From Lenisia limosa (Eukaryota > Protista > Breviatea), in NCBI GenBank assembly GCA_001655205.1, contig LPNZ01005888.1, positions 1 through 64,000 on the forward strand: a stretch of DNA of 64,000 nt, given 5' to 3'. This document shows positions 13,138 to 25,600 of the stretch, one piece after another. The translations under genes and the position numbers were made by a program. The first letter of the stretch is position 1; each line of letters opens with the position of its first letter. The notes beneath the pieces are model-generated. The model was not told where the DNA came from and did not search any database. It was given only the letters and a program-made list of their open reading frames with translations.

Positions 13138-15049
13138 ATGTTCACATTTGGTTGGTTCCTGGTCATGTAACCTATGAATTCTTCTTCTTTCATTATTACA
13201 GATCAAAAACTATTAATAATATTTGTGGTGAGCATTTTTAGGTGAGTGTGAGGTTATTTCTTGATTGTATTGACTTTTAGCTCTGGAGCCCTTGCCTCTA
13301 CAGTATTTATTTTCCGTGATGCTGGAGAAACACTTGGGCTTCTTCCAGTTCTTCAGACAGTTGTTGAGTTTGTTGGGAAGCTAAGCTTCTGATTTGCGGT
13401 TCTCATTGTATTCAGGAGTGGGGAAGAGGCCTATGGTATCGCGTTGTGCTGTGCATCGGCTGAATTGGCAGAGAAGTATCCTTTTATCTTCACTCTTCAG
13501 GATATTGGGATAAGTCAGGTTGGTATTGCGTAGTATTACCTCAAGTTTTATTAAATTTTTCATTTGCAATATGCTGTCTCATCTCACCTTTATATTGGTA
13601 TTTCGAGTGGGTATTTGTAACCATTTAGCCTGATCTTCACAATAGATCTGTCCCCATTCCATCATCTGTGAATCGACAGGTTGGTTATTGCAAAAAAAAA
13701 AGATTTAATGTTGTGGTTTGATTGTTTAGATAATGATTCAACTCAACTCTTGGCAAGTGACCACAATGATCACTGGATTAGTTAGCGAAGCTCAGCATCA
13801 AATCGCCAAACATGTTTACACAAGTGAGTTACATAGCGTTGAAGTCACTTCTTCCAAGCTTCTCTTCAGATTATGTTATATACGTTTAGTAAGTAATATT
13901 TTTAGACACAGACATCCCTGTTATTGGGTTTGATGATAGTTACGCGATGTGGAGTGACTCAACGATGAGTGCAAAGTAAGTTGTCATTTTTGTAACTTGC
14001 AATTATAGTCGTGAATGTAGTCCTGAGTGTTCTATTAGTTTCTCATTTCACCTTCTAGATTTGCAACTGAACCATCAATTGCCACGTTAACTGTAACAGC
14101 AGAAGCAATAAAGGCAGATGCTGTCCGAACAGTTTGAGTTTTATCTTTGTGTTATTTTGCCAGGTCAAGTCGCAAGTGGTTGTGACGGGAAGTCCAACAA
14201 CAGATATTTGGAGCAAAGCTGCATTAGACACAGTTCAGATCGCAGAGGACCGAAAATCTCTTCATTTGGGGTATGCCTCTTCTGTTTTTTTTTTATGTTA
14301 AGTTATTGTGTGTGATTGTTTTCTTTTATTTCACTTTTTAGAGAGAAACGAGCCATTGTTTTCTTTGGTGAATATGATGACACTGGGAATGGTAGGAAGC
14401 AACTATAATCGATCAACATTCCATATTTTACGTCTTACTGTTAGGACGTTATGAAAAGAACGTTGAAGAATATGCCAAATTGATTGCTTTAACTGTGGAC
14501 AAGTAAGCATGACAGCATAACTGTTGCCATTATCTTAACTTATTTTCCCATGACAATCATAGGTATTCTTTCGTTTTCAGCCCGCACCCAGGGTATGATG
14601 GTTCATTAGAAATGTCCATTTTTGCCAAGGCTGGCGTGGACGGCTTTGTTGTTCTCGCTCCAAGTGAGATGTCTTCGCCACGTGTTGCTGCTGCTATTGA
14701 CGTTACTATTGCTATGACTAGTACTTGCCTTGTTCAGGTACGAAATTAACTGTGTGGTTAATATTAGAGCTTATTTGGAGGCACACCATCGATTTCGCTT
14801 CAAACATCTCAACCGTACTACCACAATGTGGTAGATAGCATGGGTTTAATACGACTGGCCACAAATGCAAGTGATGCTTCGCTAAAAATTGAAGAGGTGA
14901 TAACATGTAATGGTTCACTCTTTTAGACTGGATTCAAGTTTGATGTAGATAAGCTTGACAATGCTGGCCTTCCCAGAGACTCGGTGGGTGTGTGGTGGCA
15001 GTTGGTTGTAATAGTGTAGGTGGACAGACTGCTTCAACTGCTTAAGTGA
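13138..15049 (+). CDS. Predicted secreted or anchored GT-B-fold glycosyltransferase/epimerase-like protein
   Basis: Hydrophobic N-terminus; VFIFRDAGETLGLLPVL; VVVTGSPTTDIW; FVFSPHPG; AMTSTCLVQSLFGGTPSISL. These match the TG.P..D, HP and ST...EA...G.P.I signatures of GT-B proteins. Confidence 0.6.
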
Positions 15050-15163
15050 CTGTTGTTTTGGTTTCTCTAATTTAAAATCTAGAGGCATGATATGATCGTT
15101 AATGTATTTTTAATATTCGGGGATTAACTATTGGGACCAATCATTCATAAATAAAATACAAAT

Positions 15164-17810
15164 TTAAACATCTACAAAGTCATTGGGGTAATAACCTAGA
15201 TGATGAAAATTTTCAAGTAGAGAGCTGTTGGGCAAAAACAAAGATAATTCCATTCCCAAAACAAACCTCATCAGTTGAGCACACAGAACATCTCCAACAA
15301 TATGGGGTGATGAGAGATGAGTTATCCGCAAAGCCCCAAGAAGATGAATGCTCTGAGAATCCAACCATTTTGCACCTGGTGTTATAAAAACAACTCACTT
15401 TGGGCATTCATGGGCGTTCTTCACAAGTTGGTCAATGATTTCCTCATGAATTCCGTTGAATATGTGCTTGAAAACCGCACTAACATCAGCATGAACATTT
15501 GACTACAGTATCAACGAGCGTTTATTGGTCTACCTCCATTTCAACTTGTTCATTAACTGTTCGTTTTCGGCTCACAAACAACCAAAGTTTGGTCATTGTT
15601 GAACCTATGCAGGAGAACCATGGCGAAGAGGTAACGTTGGGGTTTTCTACACTCATAACATTCTATTTCTCCAAACCTTTGCTTCCAATTGTCAAAGACA
15701 TAACACAGGATGCGGCAATGTTGCTCAGGCGTGGGCATTGAGGTTTGTAATCATGACCACCAACAAGCAGTCCTTGGTTTTGCTTCAGTACTGCAGCCTC
15801 AAAAGCAGGACAAGGCTCCAAGTCGACTAAGATATCAATTTGTTTTAGGTTCAAAATGGCTCGTCTACCAATATGTGAAAAAACTCCAAGCTCAAGGGTC
15901 ATTATCAGCTCCTTATAGTATTATGAAATATAAAATAGCACCACCACCAACTTTCTTCTAAAGTTAAAGGAATAGAACGAAGGATAAACGGTAGTGCGGT
16001 CTAAACAGTAACAATGGATTCTGGGAGCTCATCATAAAAAATATGGTAACAAAAATAAAGAGGAAATTCTCCAAGAAGCCAACTTTGAGTTTTGCAGAAT
16101 GTTGAGCCATTGCTTCGGGGTCTTCAGGGATCTTCAAGAGCTGGTCCTGGCAATGAGACAATGGTAATACAACATACCACTTCATGCTGGGATAATTTAC
16201 CGCCTTTCATGTTGAGCAGCGTGACAGTTTCCTGGAGGCCTGTTGAAAGGGCTCTCCCGCAAGCAGTTGTATTGTCTGTATGCTACACAATAAGAAGGCA
16301 ACACAATCTTACAATCAAGTTGATGTCCGTTGTGGTGCACGCCAGAAGAGCTCGGACACATTTGTGACAGTCAGCTGACTTCCTCCCAGTCACAAGGTGA
16401 AGTGGAGGGTCCCATTCAACCGTGTTTTCGGATAGGTTCGGCGTGGCCCCAGCCTACCTTGATTAAGAGTATTGGTACCACTATTCCACATAATATAATC
16501 TGTGCTTTACCAAATACTATATTATATAAGATATAATGTATTATGTGTTCATATGATATATACAAGTACATTGTACTATTTTACATAAAACACCAGACCT
16601 CAAGGAGCGCTTCACATACGCTGGGAAATCCCTTCAAACACGCAGCATGGAGCGGAGTCTGACCGGACTGAATTGTGAGTACCAACCCATCACGGCACCA
16701 ACATGATCGAAAACATTAACTTGAGCCCCAGCTTCAATGAGCGCATTGACTGTGTCTAGGTTTTCGAAAGCAAGATTGCAGGCAAGGTGTAAGGGTGTCA
16801 CATTGTAGAACTAAAAAGTCAAGGGAAAGACAAAACTACCTCCGTTTTGATGTTCACATTTGCTCCAGCGTCAATAAGAGCGGCAATTAGTTCTTGAGAT
16901 TTCATCATTTGAGAAGCAGTGTGCATTACTGTGCGACCGGACTGAAATGTTAACCTTTCTATACGCCTACATGACTGCGGCTATTGACGGAAATGCCCCT
17001 ATTTTTGTATAACGCGATGACAGAAGTTACACCATTCTTAACAGCTTGATCAAGAGCTCCATGAATAGCCTATAACGTCAAATCGAAAGAGCTCAGAGGT
17101 CATCATACAGTCTCACTGAGAAGGTCTAGGTCTAAGATGGCTTCATGAATCCATGGTACGTCCCGCCTCATGACGGTCATTGAGGTGTAAACACGGATGG
17201 GTGAGTCCTTGTTGCGCTGAGGGGTGTTAGGGTAGATTATAAGGGAGTTCATGATGTAATCCATCCTCCCCTTTCCCAGGAGGAGGGGATAGGGGGGGTA
17301 TATCAGATAAATAATACGATTTAAGTGGACAAACATACAACGCTCAGAGCACCATCCAAGTAAGTACAGCTAAGTGCAGTGTGGCAAATCTTTGCACAAA
17401 GGTGTCTAATTTCAACACATGGTACTTTTGCTTCAGGGTTCTAAACAGGTTAATTTCTTTGTCATGAAAAGTGACAATGCTGCAAAAAAGAACAGAAGAA
17501 TTCAACACCCAACCAAGAAAGTCAATCTCACACATCTCTTTAATTAAAAACTCACATGGATAGATTCTTTAATCTGCTTCATCGCTGTTAGCACCCATTC
17601 TGTTTCAATGCCGAGTTCGTTGCCGACCCATTCAAAAACACGTATATGCTCCTCCTAAAGATGGTTAAGAAAAATATGTCAACGCTGCATTATTTGTGGA
17701 TGTCAATTCTTTTCCAAGAAATGATCATACAGTGAGGGTGTTTTAATACTATGTCATACAGGACAATCTTCAAGTGTTAAACCGCGCCTTCTGTCTTCAG
17801 TGTGGGGCAT
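15164..17810 (-). CDS. Ankyrin-repeat protein with an uncharacterised C-terminal region and a possible N-terminal F-box-like segment
   Basis: QELIAALIDAGANVN, VTPLHLACNLAFENLDTVNALIEAGAQVN and DPPLHLVTG...CVRALLACTTTDIN; N-terminus MPHTEDRRRGLTLEDCP. Confidence 0.75.
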
Positions 17811-18087
17811 TTTTGAGAGTTTGGTGGGCAATGGGGCAAGCTGGGGTAGCTGGGGAGATGGGAGGAGGATGGGAGGGCAAAAGGGGCAAAAAACCTGCAA
17901 AAAAACAAAAACCCAATGAAAGGAGTTCCCGGCACGCACCGGACATGACATTGCCCAGCACTATTCTCTTGACTTGAATTCTTGGACATAAGAAAGGAAA
18001 GAGAGCACAAAGCAAGAGCAAGAACAGCTCAAGAAACGAGAGAGCAAGCACAGAGAAGAGGATTCCCGAGAGAGAACGCTCATCAGG

Positions 18088-21000
18088 ATGCCTGGTATGT
18101 GAGGGGGGGGGGGGAGGCAATGNNNNNNNNNNNNNNNNNNNNNNNNNNNNNNNNNNNNNNNNNNNNNNNNNNNNNNNNNNNNNNNNNNNNNNNNNNNNNG
18201 GTAGAGGAAGAAACTCATTCACTTAGGGGATTCGTCACCCCTGCACTCTGGTGTTGGAGTCAGCGTAAGGGATGACAACCAGGCTAAGATACCAGTCATC
18301 CTTGGCAAACTTGCTACTATTGTACCGCGTGTTAGGTTTGTTTTCCCATGTCACTTCTTATTGTCAGGTTTTTGTTTGCTGTCGTTGGGGTTTTAATTCT
18401 ATGCACCCTTGCGGTAGACCCTCGAAGAACCTATATCTCAGAGAATGCTATTGGACATTCTCGTCCGAATTTTAATATTGGGTGAGCCAATATTTTGTTT
18501 TATTTTGATATGCTTCTTTTTGATTATCTATGATATATAAAAAAATTATGTCATCTGTTTCGAAATAAACCCGTACAGGGCAGCAACAACAAAGGACGTC
18601 TTGAAGAATGCATTGCAGTTCACCTCTTCGTTTGTTGTGGTTTTCTCAGTCACATATTAGTACAACAAGCTTTACAAGCTATGTCGAGCGCTTTTGGAAA
18701 CATGCCGGCCTTCAGATAAACCACATGAATGCAACTAACGAGTAAGAAGGGATCCTTGAATAATTATACCATTTCATATTACGTTGTAGATATCAAACCA
18801 TTTCATCTGTACTCAAAGCAACAACTGGTGATGGTACCGAAAGTATTGCAATTGTGACTCCGTACCGCCCTCACCAGAATCGTTTGTTATAGCATTTCTC
18901 ATAGTGCTTCATCCAACTTCAACTAATCTATTGTAGGTAGTTTATCAGCACTTTCTGCTGGAATGATGTCTGTTCTTCCAGCATTTTTTGACTCTTCAAA
19001 GTAAGGCCATTCATCACTAACATGCTCTTTAGATGGCTGACAAAAGATATTTTGTTCATTGCCTATCCTCACTTCGACAACGAAAACCAAAGAGTTTTAA
19101 AAGTTGGTGGTTGAAATTGTCAACAGTAGAATCTATTTGGGAAAGGATAAACTTTTTAATACTTTAGCCTGACTGGTTTGCTCTGACCGAATATTTGGAT
19201 AGGTATAACTCTCAAGAAGGTTGGTGAAGTACGGTTTTTCTGCGGTCTGAAAAAGAGTAAATTTCTTGATAAGTCCTCAAGAAACTATGCTGTTTTATTA
19301 AGTGAAAATGTTATTGACAATGCAGACATGCTTCGAGCTGGAAGCATCCAAGCAGCACTGGTGTTGGACTTTCAAGATGCTTCATCATCAAATGTCGTTG
19401 CTTTATTACGTTTGTCTGGACTGTGTCTTGTTCTGTTTATTTTTAAGACGGCAGAAATGGAGCCCTCCCCAACTTGGACCTCTTGAACATGCTTAATAAA
19501 TTATGTGACCGGGTTAGTCCTTTTATTTCTCTCACTGAGTAGACACGGCCAAAGTTGCTGACAGATTTCCCCTTGTCGTTTGGGTAGGTTCTCTTTTGTT
19601 CTTATCTTCAAGTCCTCTCGAACCTCTTGTTGCCCTTCACCCCTTCATCCGGAAAGTTCTCCCAACAGTGCAATTCATGGTCGGAACTTCTCTCCCATTT
19701 GGTTCAGGTCCTCATGCCGAGTTTGTCAAGTAGGTAAAACAATTGTTTGTGTGGTTGAATTGCCATAGTAGCTAAATGGACTATTGGTTTCCGCTATGTG
19801 ATACTTGTCTCTTGCAATATTTTAGCACTTTACTAAGATTCCACTAGTAAATGCTCAACCTTTATTTTTTACTAGATTAACACGGTGTAGCCTCCATATC
19901 GATGCTGTCACATTGACGTCTGTTCCTCAGAAGGACAAATCCATTTCGTAAGTTTTCTTTATCATGTAATATTCCATTAATATTTCAGTTTATCTTCATT
20001 CACTTCAATCCTTGTGTAAGTGGTAACGTCCCACTTGAAGCTTTCTGTTTTTGTTTTGAATGTACTCACCAACTCTTAGGGTCATTGAAAGGGCTACTCG
20101 TGGGTTGTCTCTTTTAAGTGAAAGACTGCATCAGTCTTTTTATTTCTATTTTGTTTGTTTGGGGGAGTGTTCTTCTCAATAACATTGAAGGTTCCCAATA
20201 GGTCGCATTATATCCCTATTGGAGACTTTCTCCCTGGCGTTGTTGCTGTTTGGGCTTCCGTTGCAGCTCAGGTTAGACCAGTCCAATTTGTGCTTACAGT
20301 TTAGATTATTACATACATGCTAACGTTGGAAGGGTCAATCATTCATGGTGTCACATGTGTCTTTTTCTGCACTGCTATCCAAGCAATCTTCCTATTGGTA
20401 GCAACTCTTCTCTATTCAATGAACCCAACCACAATGGTTTGGTGTCCTTGATAACAGCTCACTTTCCAGACACTTTTACTTTCCTTGGCTGTGTTGTTTG
20501 TGAGTCCTTTTATGACAACACTCTCTACTTTCGGTGTTGTTAGCTGGACGGATAGTATTTTGGGCCGTTCGAACATTGGGTATCCAAAGGACTCAACTGA
20601 TGGTATTTTGCGATTTGTAAGTCAATGAAGTGCTGTTTATGGCTCTTAGGTTTCTCTTCTTCAATTGGCAACAGTCTTACTTGGATGGTCATTCATTTCC
20701 CCTGCAGCAGCTTTCGTTATCTCACTTTGTACTGTCATTTTGCTCGTTGTTACTACCAAAAAATTTTCTGGACTTTCAAGATGGGTCCAAGGACTTTTCT
20801 TACTTTGTCTGTCTCCCCCTTTCCTTCTCGTGTTCTTGTCAAGCCTCAAGGCTGTACTCACATTGCCACCTTCGGGTGCTGATTTAGACGTCGTTATTGC
20901 AGCCATTTCGTCTGCACTGTTCGATGTTGTTCACGGCTTGTTTGCAGGTTTGACAAGTATGAGGGATGGGATGAACAACTGTACTGTTTTTTTGGAGGAG

Positions 21001-21125
21001 GGGGGGAGGGGGGCTTTTCTCTCACATTACTTCTTTCACAAAGATTAGGTGGATGGATTCTTCCCTTTATTTTTATTGTTTCTTATGGTTGTACTTGGAG
21101 TATTTTTGCTCGTCAATGGTTGTAA
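18088..21125 (+). CDS. GPAA1: GPI transamidase component Gaa1
   Basis: RTYISENAIG after the first transmembrane helix, VIERATRGLSLLSERLHQSFYFYF, and multiple C-terminal TM segments. The first intron contains a G-run and the gap at 18123-18199. Confidence 0.9.
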
Positions 21126-21170
21126 ATGTAACTTTATTTATCTTTATTCAATTATTCATAGTTGAAGAGT

Positions 21171-22370
21171 TTAGTTGATCTTTGCCTTACACTCCTTTGC
21201 CATTGCATTGATAGCTTCGGGACTAAAGAGTAACACACTTAAAAAAAAGTATGTATGCTTTGTGACCCCCTCCGATTTCCAAACTCCCAAACTTACTCAG
21301 CTTTTTGGCTCTTCCAAGTGTAAGAGAATCCTTCTTTTTCAGCGTATCGGGGAATGATATGGAAGTGGACTAAAAAGTCATTCCGGTGTGAGCATGATAT
21401 CATGATGATGAACACGTGGAGGAGTTATCTAAAAATCAGATTAGTATAATATGTGACATTCAGTTCACAATGAGATTACGAAACCCCAAAAAAATGGAGG
21501 TGATCCAAATATTAACTGGGTAAATTGTCTTCTATTTTACGGAAAATATCTGGGACCTATTATTGATGAAGCAAAATGGCACTGTCTATTATTCTACCAG
21601 AAAGCCTCAGTATGTAGTAATGGATAATTGGTTCAATGCCAAAACACTAACCATGAGGAACAACTTGACCAGCCAGTTCTCCATTATTTTGAACAATGTT
21701 GTACTGCTCAGTTCCAGCAGTTTCACATACAGCCTTGGCAATCTAATAGAATAAAACTGAAAGCGCAAAGGGAATAGTTTCATCATAGTTTTGTTAAAGG
21801 TAAACCTATGAATTTAATTACTCCCAATTTATTTCATTTAATCTATTGATTTGCAATGAAAAGGAGGACAAAGGCACTTACAGATGAGAGATACTGCCTC
21901 TCCAAAATATTGTCAATTAGGTCGAGTTAGGAAGGAAAGATAATCTCACATCTAGCCTACCTTTGGCATATTGCCCATTAGTCCCATAAGTTGTTCACTC
22001 TTCATATCACTACAAATATCATTGAGTAATTGAAAAAGAAAAAAAAACAAAACAAAATCCCACAGTTGAAAGATTGAAAGAACCCAAACCTGAGAGTCTT
22101 GACATGGTCAATGGGAATGACAAGAGCATGTCCCTTTGCAACCTGCTGTGTAAAAGGAAAACTGAGTGTTTTTGGATTTTGATCATAATGGGGAGAAAAA
22201 TATGATAAAATTCATAGTTCTTACGGGGAAAATGTCAAAGAAGGCCATGCAGTACTCATCACGGTATATCTCAGAGGAGGGAATCTCTCTTTTGATGATC
22301 TATAGTTCGTAAATATACTATTTAATGTATAATTTAGTCATACCTTGCAGAATATGCAGTTATCAGCCAT
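21171..22370 (-). CDS. HINT: HIT-family (HINT-like) nucleotide hydrolase
   Basis: [47 protein letters not shown] (HxHxH triad), ending AKIN*. Confidence 0.95.
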
Positions 22371-22607
22371 TGTGCGAATTGGGGAATAGAAAGGTTTGAG
22401 AAATTGGGGAATAGAAGGTAGAGAAACAGTTCTTCTAGCTAATGCAGATATCAGCATAAAAGGGAACGCGAACACGCGAACAAGGGGCGCTGAAAGGAGC
22501 AACCATCCAGTTTTTTTTCTAACGAATTGATAAATTTCGATAAAATGATTCACAAAAACCCAGAAAGCTTTTCTCAACCCCTTTTTGTTCAATTATTAAC
22601 AACAGAC

Positions 22608-25600
22608 ATGGTTGAACATACTTTTGAAGAAGGTTGGAATCATTTCAGTTTGCTTTTTTTTTACTCTTCAGTTCCGGAGAGAATTTCCTTCCCAAAGGAA
22701 GAGGAAAAGACCCTTTCATTCTGGGAAGAAAATGATTGCTTCCAGACCTCTCTCAAAATGAGTGAAGGCAAGCCTGTGAGTTGGATTGGTGTTTAGCCTT
22801 TTTAAATCACCAAATAGTTAGCAGATTAAGAATAAAAACTATTTTGTTGATTTTGAAAGAGCCTTTTTACATTTTACCTCTTTATTCCATACACGGCTTC
22901 TAACCTGCCTTCCAGCGCTTCACTGTAAGCTTGGGTCTCTTTTTGGGGTATTTGAACGTTTTTCTTGACTGTTGGCCCAATGCCCCGTCCCTCACATGTA
23001 ACATGTTTAGTTCTATGATGGACCCCCTTTCGCCACTGGTCTTCCCCATTACGGTCACATCCTTGCTGGTACCATCAAGGTTTGCCAAGTGTTTTGGGAC
23101 TCAGCCTCACAATTCAGGATATTGTCACCCGTTATGCTCATGGAACTGGTCACTATGTTGAACGAAGGTGGGTTGGTTGGGAAGTTCTTAAGGACTGGGT
23201 CAAGACTTGGTTCTTCTATAAGGGCGCGCCCAGGTTCTTGGCAGCAAGTCAAAAATCCTTTTCCCTTATACGTTTCCTCAAAAATCCTTTTCCCTTTACG
23301 TTTCCTCTTTCTCCTTGAACAAGTTCTGACAACAGCAAGTCAAACAGTACTTCAAAGAATAATTAAAGCGCACCATAATCAGCTGAACAAGAAAAGAAGT
23401 TCTTACTGTTTAGATTCGGGTGGGATTGTCATGGACTCCCAGTTGAGTATGAAATCGATAACATGTTGAACATTAAGGTTGGACCCTTTCAAATAGTCTG
23501 ATTTTACTCATAAGACTCGTGATGACGTTCTTGAAATGGGTATTGACAAATACAACGGCAAGTGCCGCGAGATTGTTATGCGTTATTCCAAGGTAGGAGA
23601 GTGTTTGGAAAGGAATTTTTAACTCTGAAGGAGTGGGAAAAGACTGTCAAGAGAACTGGACGCTGGATTGACTTCGAGAACGACTATAAGACGCTTGACA
23701 CCCCATACATGTGAGTTCTTGGCTAGGTTGAGCGTCACCATCCTTGTCTCATGATTTTAGGGAAAGTATCTGGTGGGTCTTCAAGCAGCTCTTTGATGAC
23801 AAGGGTCTTGTGTACCGTGGCGTGAAGGTGAGATATCTTATGATTATCCATAACCCTTAGGTCATGCCCTACTCCACTGGATGTTCTACCACTTTGTCAA
23901 ACTTCGAAGCCAACCAGAACTACAAGGACGTTAATGACCCTGCCGTCATTGTTCATTTCCCCCTCGAAGGCTCCGATGCTTCACTCATCGCCTGGACCAC
24001 CACCCCCTGGACCCTTCCCTCCAACCTTGCTCTCTGCGTCAACCCTTCTTTTGAGTACTGGAGGGTCGAGGATAAGGCCACTGGTTGGTTTGGTCATTCA
24101 CTGTTTTTTTTTTGTTTTTGTTTTTCCTCCATTCGTTTATGTTCTAACCTCTAAGGCAACAAGTACATTCTCCTCCCCGCTCGCCTTAGCAGCCTTTACA
24201 AGAAGGAGGTTTGTGGCTCCTCAGATGAGATTTGGGCTTCAGTTTGCTGATTGTTTAGGAGGACTACACTGTTCTTGAAAAGGGAATCATTGGCTCCAGC
24301 CTTGCCGGCAAGACCTACACCCCTCTTTTCGACTTCTTCAAGGGTCATGAAGTAGGAGTGAAAGAAACATGCTTGATTTACTACCCAGGGATCTGAGAAC
24401 TATTGGCGCGTCATTGCCGACACCTACGTCACCGATGACTCGGGTACCGGTATTGTCCACTGGTGGGGGAGGCCCTTGTTTATCGTTACCCTATCGCTCT
24501 GTTGCACTTGAGGTAACATCATAGCGCCCCTGCTTTCGGAGAAGATGATTACCGCGTGTGCCTTGCCAACGGCATCATCTCAAAGTACCTCAGTATGAGG
24601 CGCTATACTATATCATATACATGTAGATAATGTATAAACATTATTTACCTTCCAGACGTTCCTTGCCCTGTTGACTCATCTGGTAAATTCTCTGCTCCAG
24701 TCGCAGACTGGGAGGGTGTTTACGTCAAGGACGCTGACAAGCCCATCTGCAAGGCCCTCAAAACCGCTGGACGCCTTGTTCACCAGGGAACCATCAAGCA
24801 TAGCTACCCATTCTGCTGGCGCTCCGAGACTCCTCTCATCTACAAAACTGTACCCTCTTGGTTTGTCCTTTTGCGTGTTTCACTTTGACCGCCCAGGTTT
24901 GTTGCTGTGGAGAAGATCAAGGAGCGTCTTGTTGCCAACAACAATGAGACTTATTGGGTGAGGGGTCTGTTGCCAGCTCTCCGCCAAAGGTTCATGAGGG
25001 TTCACTTCTTAGGTTCCTTCTTTCGTCAAAGAGAAGCGTTTTCACAATTGGCTTGTCGATGCTCGTGACTGGTGGGTGTAATAGTACATGATTGTCACTG
25101 CCTAGGGCTATCTCACGTTCTCGTTTCTGGGGTACCCCCCTCCCATTGTGGGTGTCGGAGGATTTCGAGGAAGTTGTTTGTGTTGGATCAGTTGAGGAAC
25201 TTGAGAAGTTGACCGGAGAGAAGGTCTGTAGAGCTCCTGGTTTTTATTATAATTATTTGTAACGTTTGGCATTTTCTTTTCTCCAAGCATTCTTCAGGCA
25301 CTTGGCTGACCATTAAGGTGAACGACCTCCATCGCGACTTCATTGACCATCTCACTATTCCTTCACAAAAGGGCAAGGGTGTCCTTCGCCGTGTTGATGA
25401 TGTTTGAGGGACAAACACTATTTAGTTCATTTTGATTCAGTCCTAACTTGATAGGTCTTTGATTGCTGGTTTGAATCCGGTTCGATGCCCTATGCCCAGC
25501 AGCATTACCCCTTCGAGGTTTGTAACGCTGTTTTTGGATAGATTGACCACCCAGAACCAAGCCAAATTTGAGGATGGCTTCCCTGCTGACTTCATTGCCG

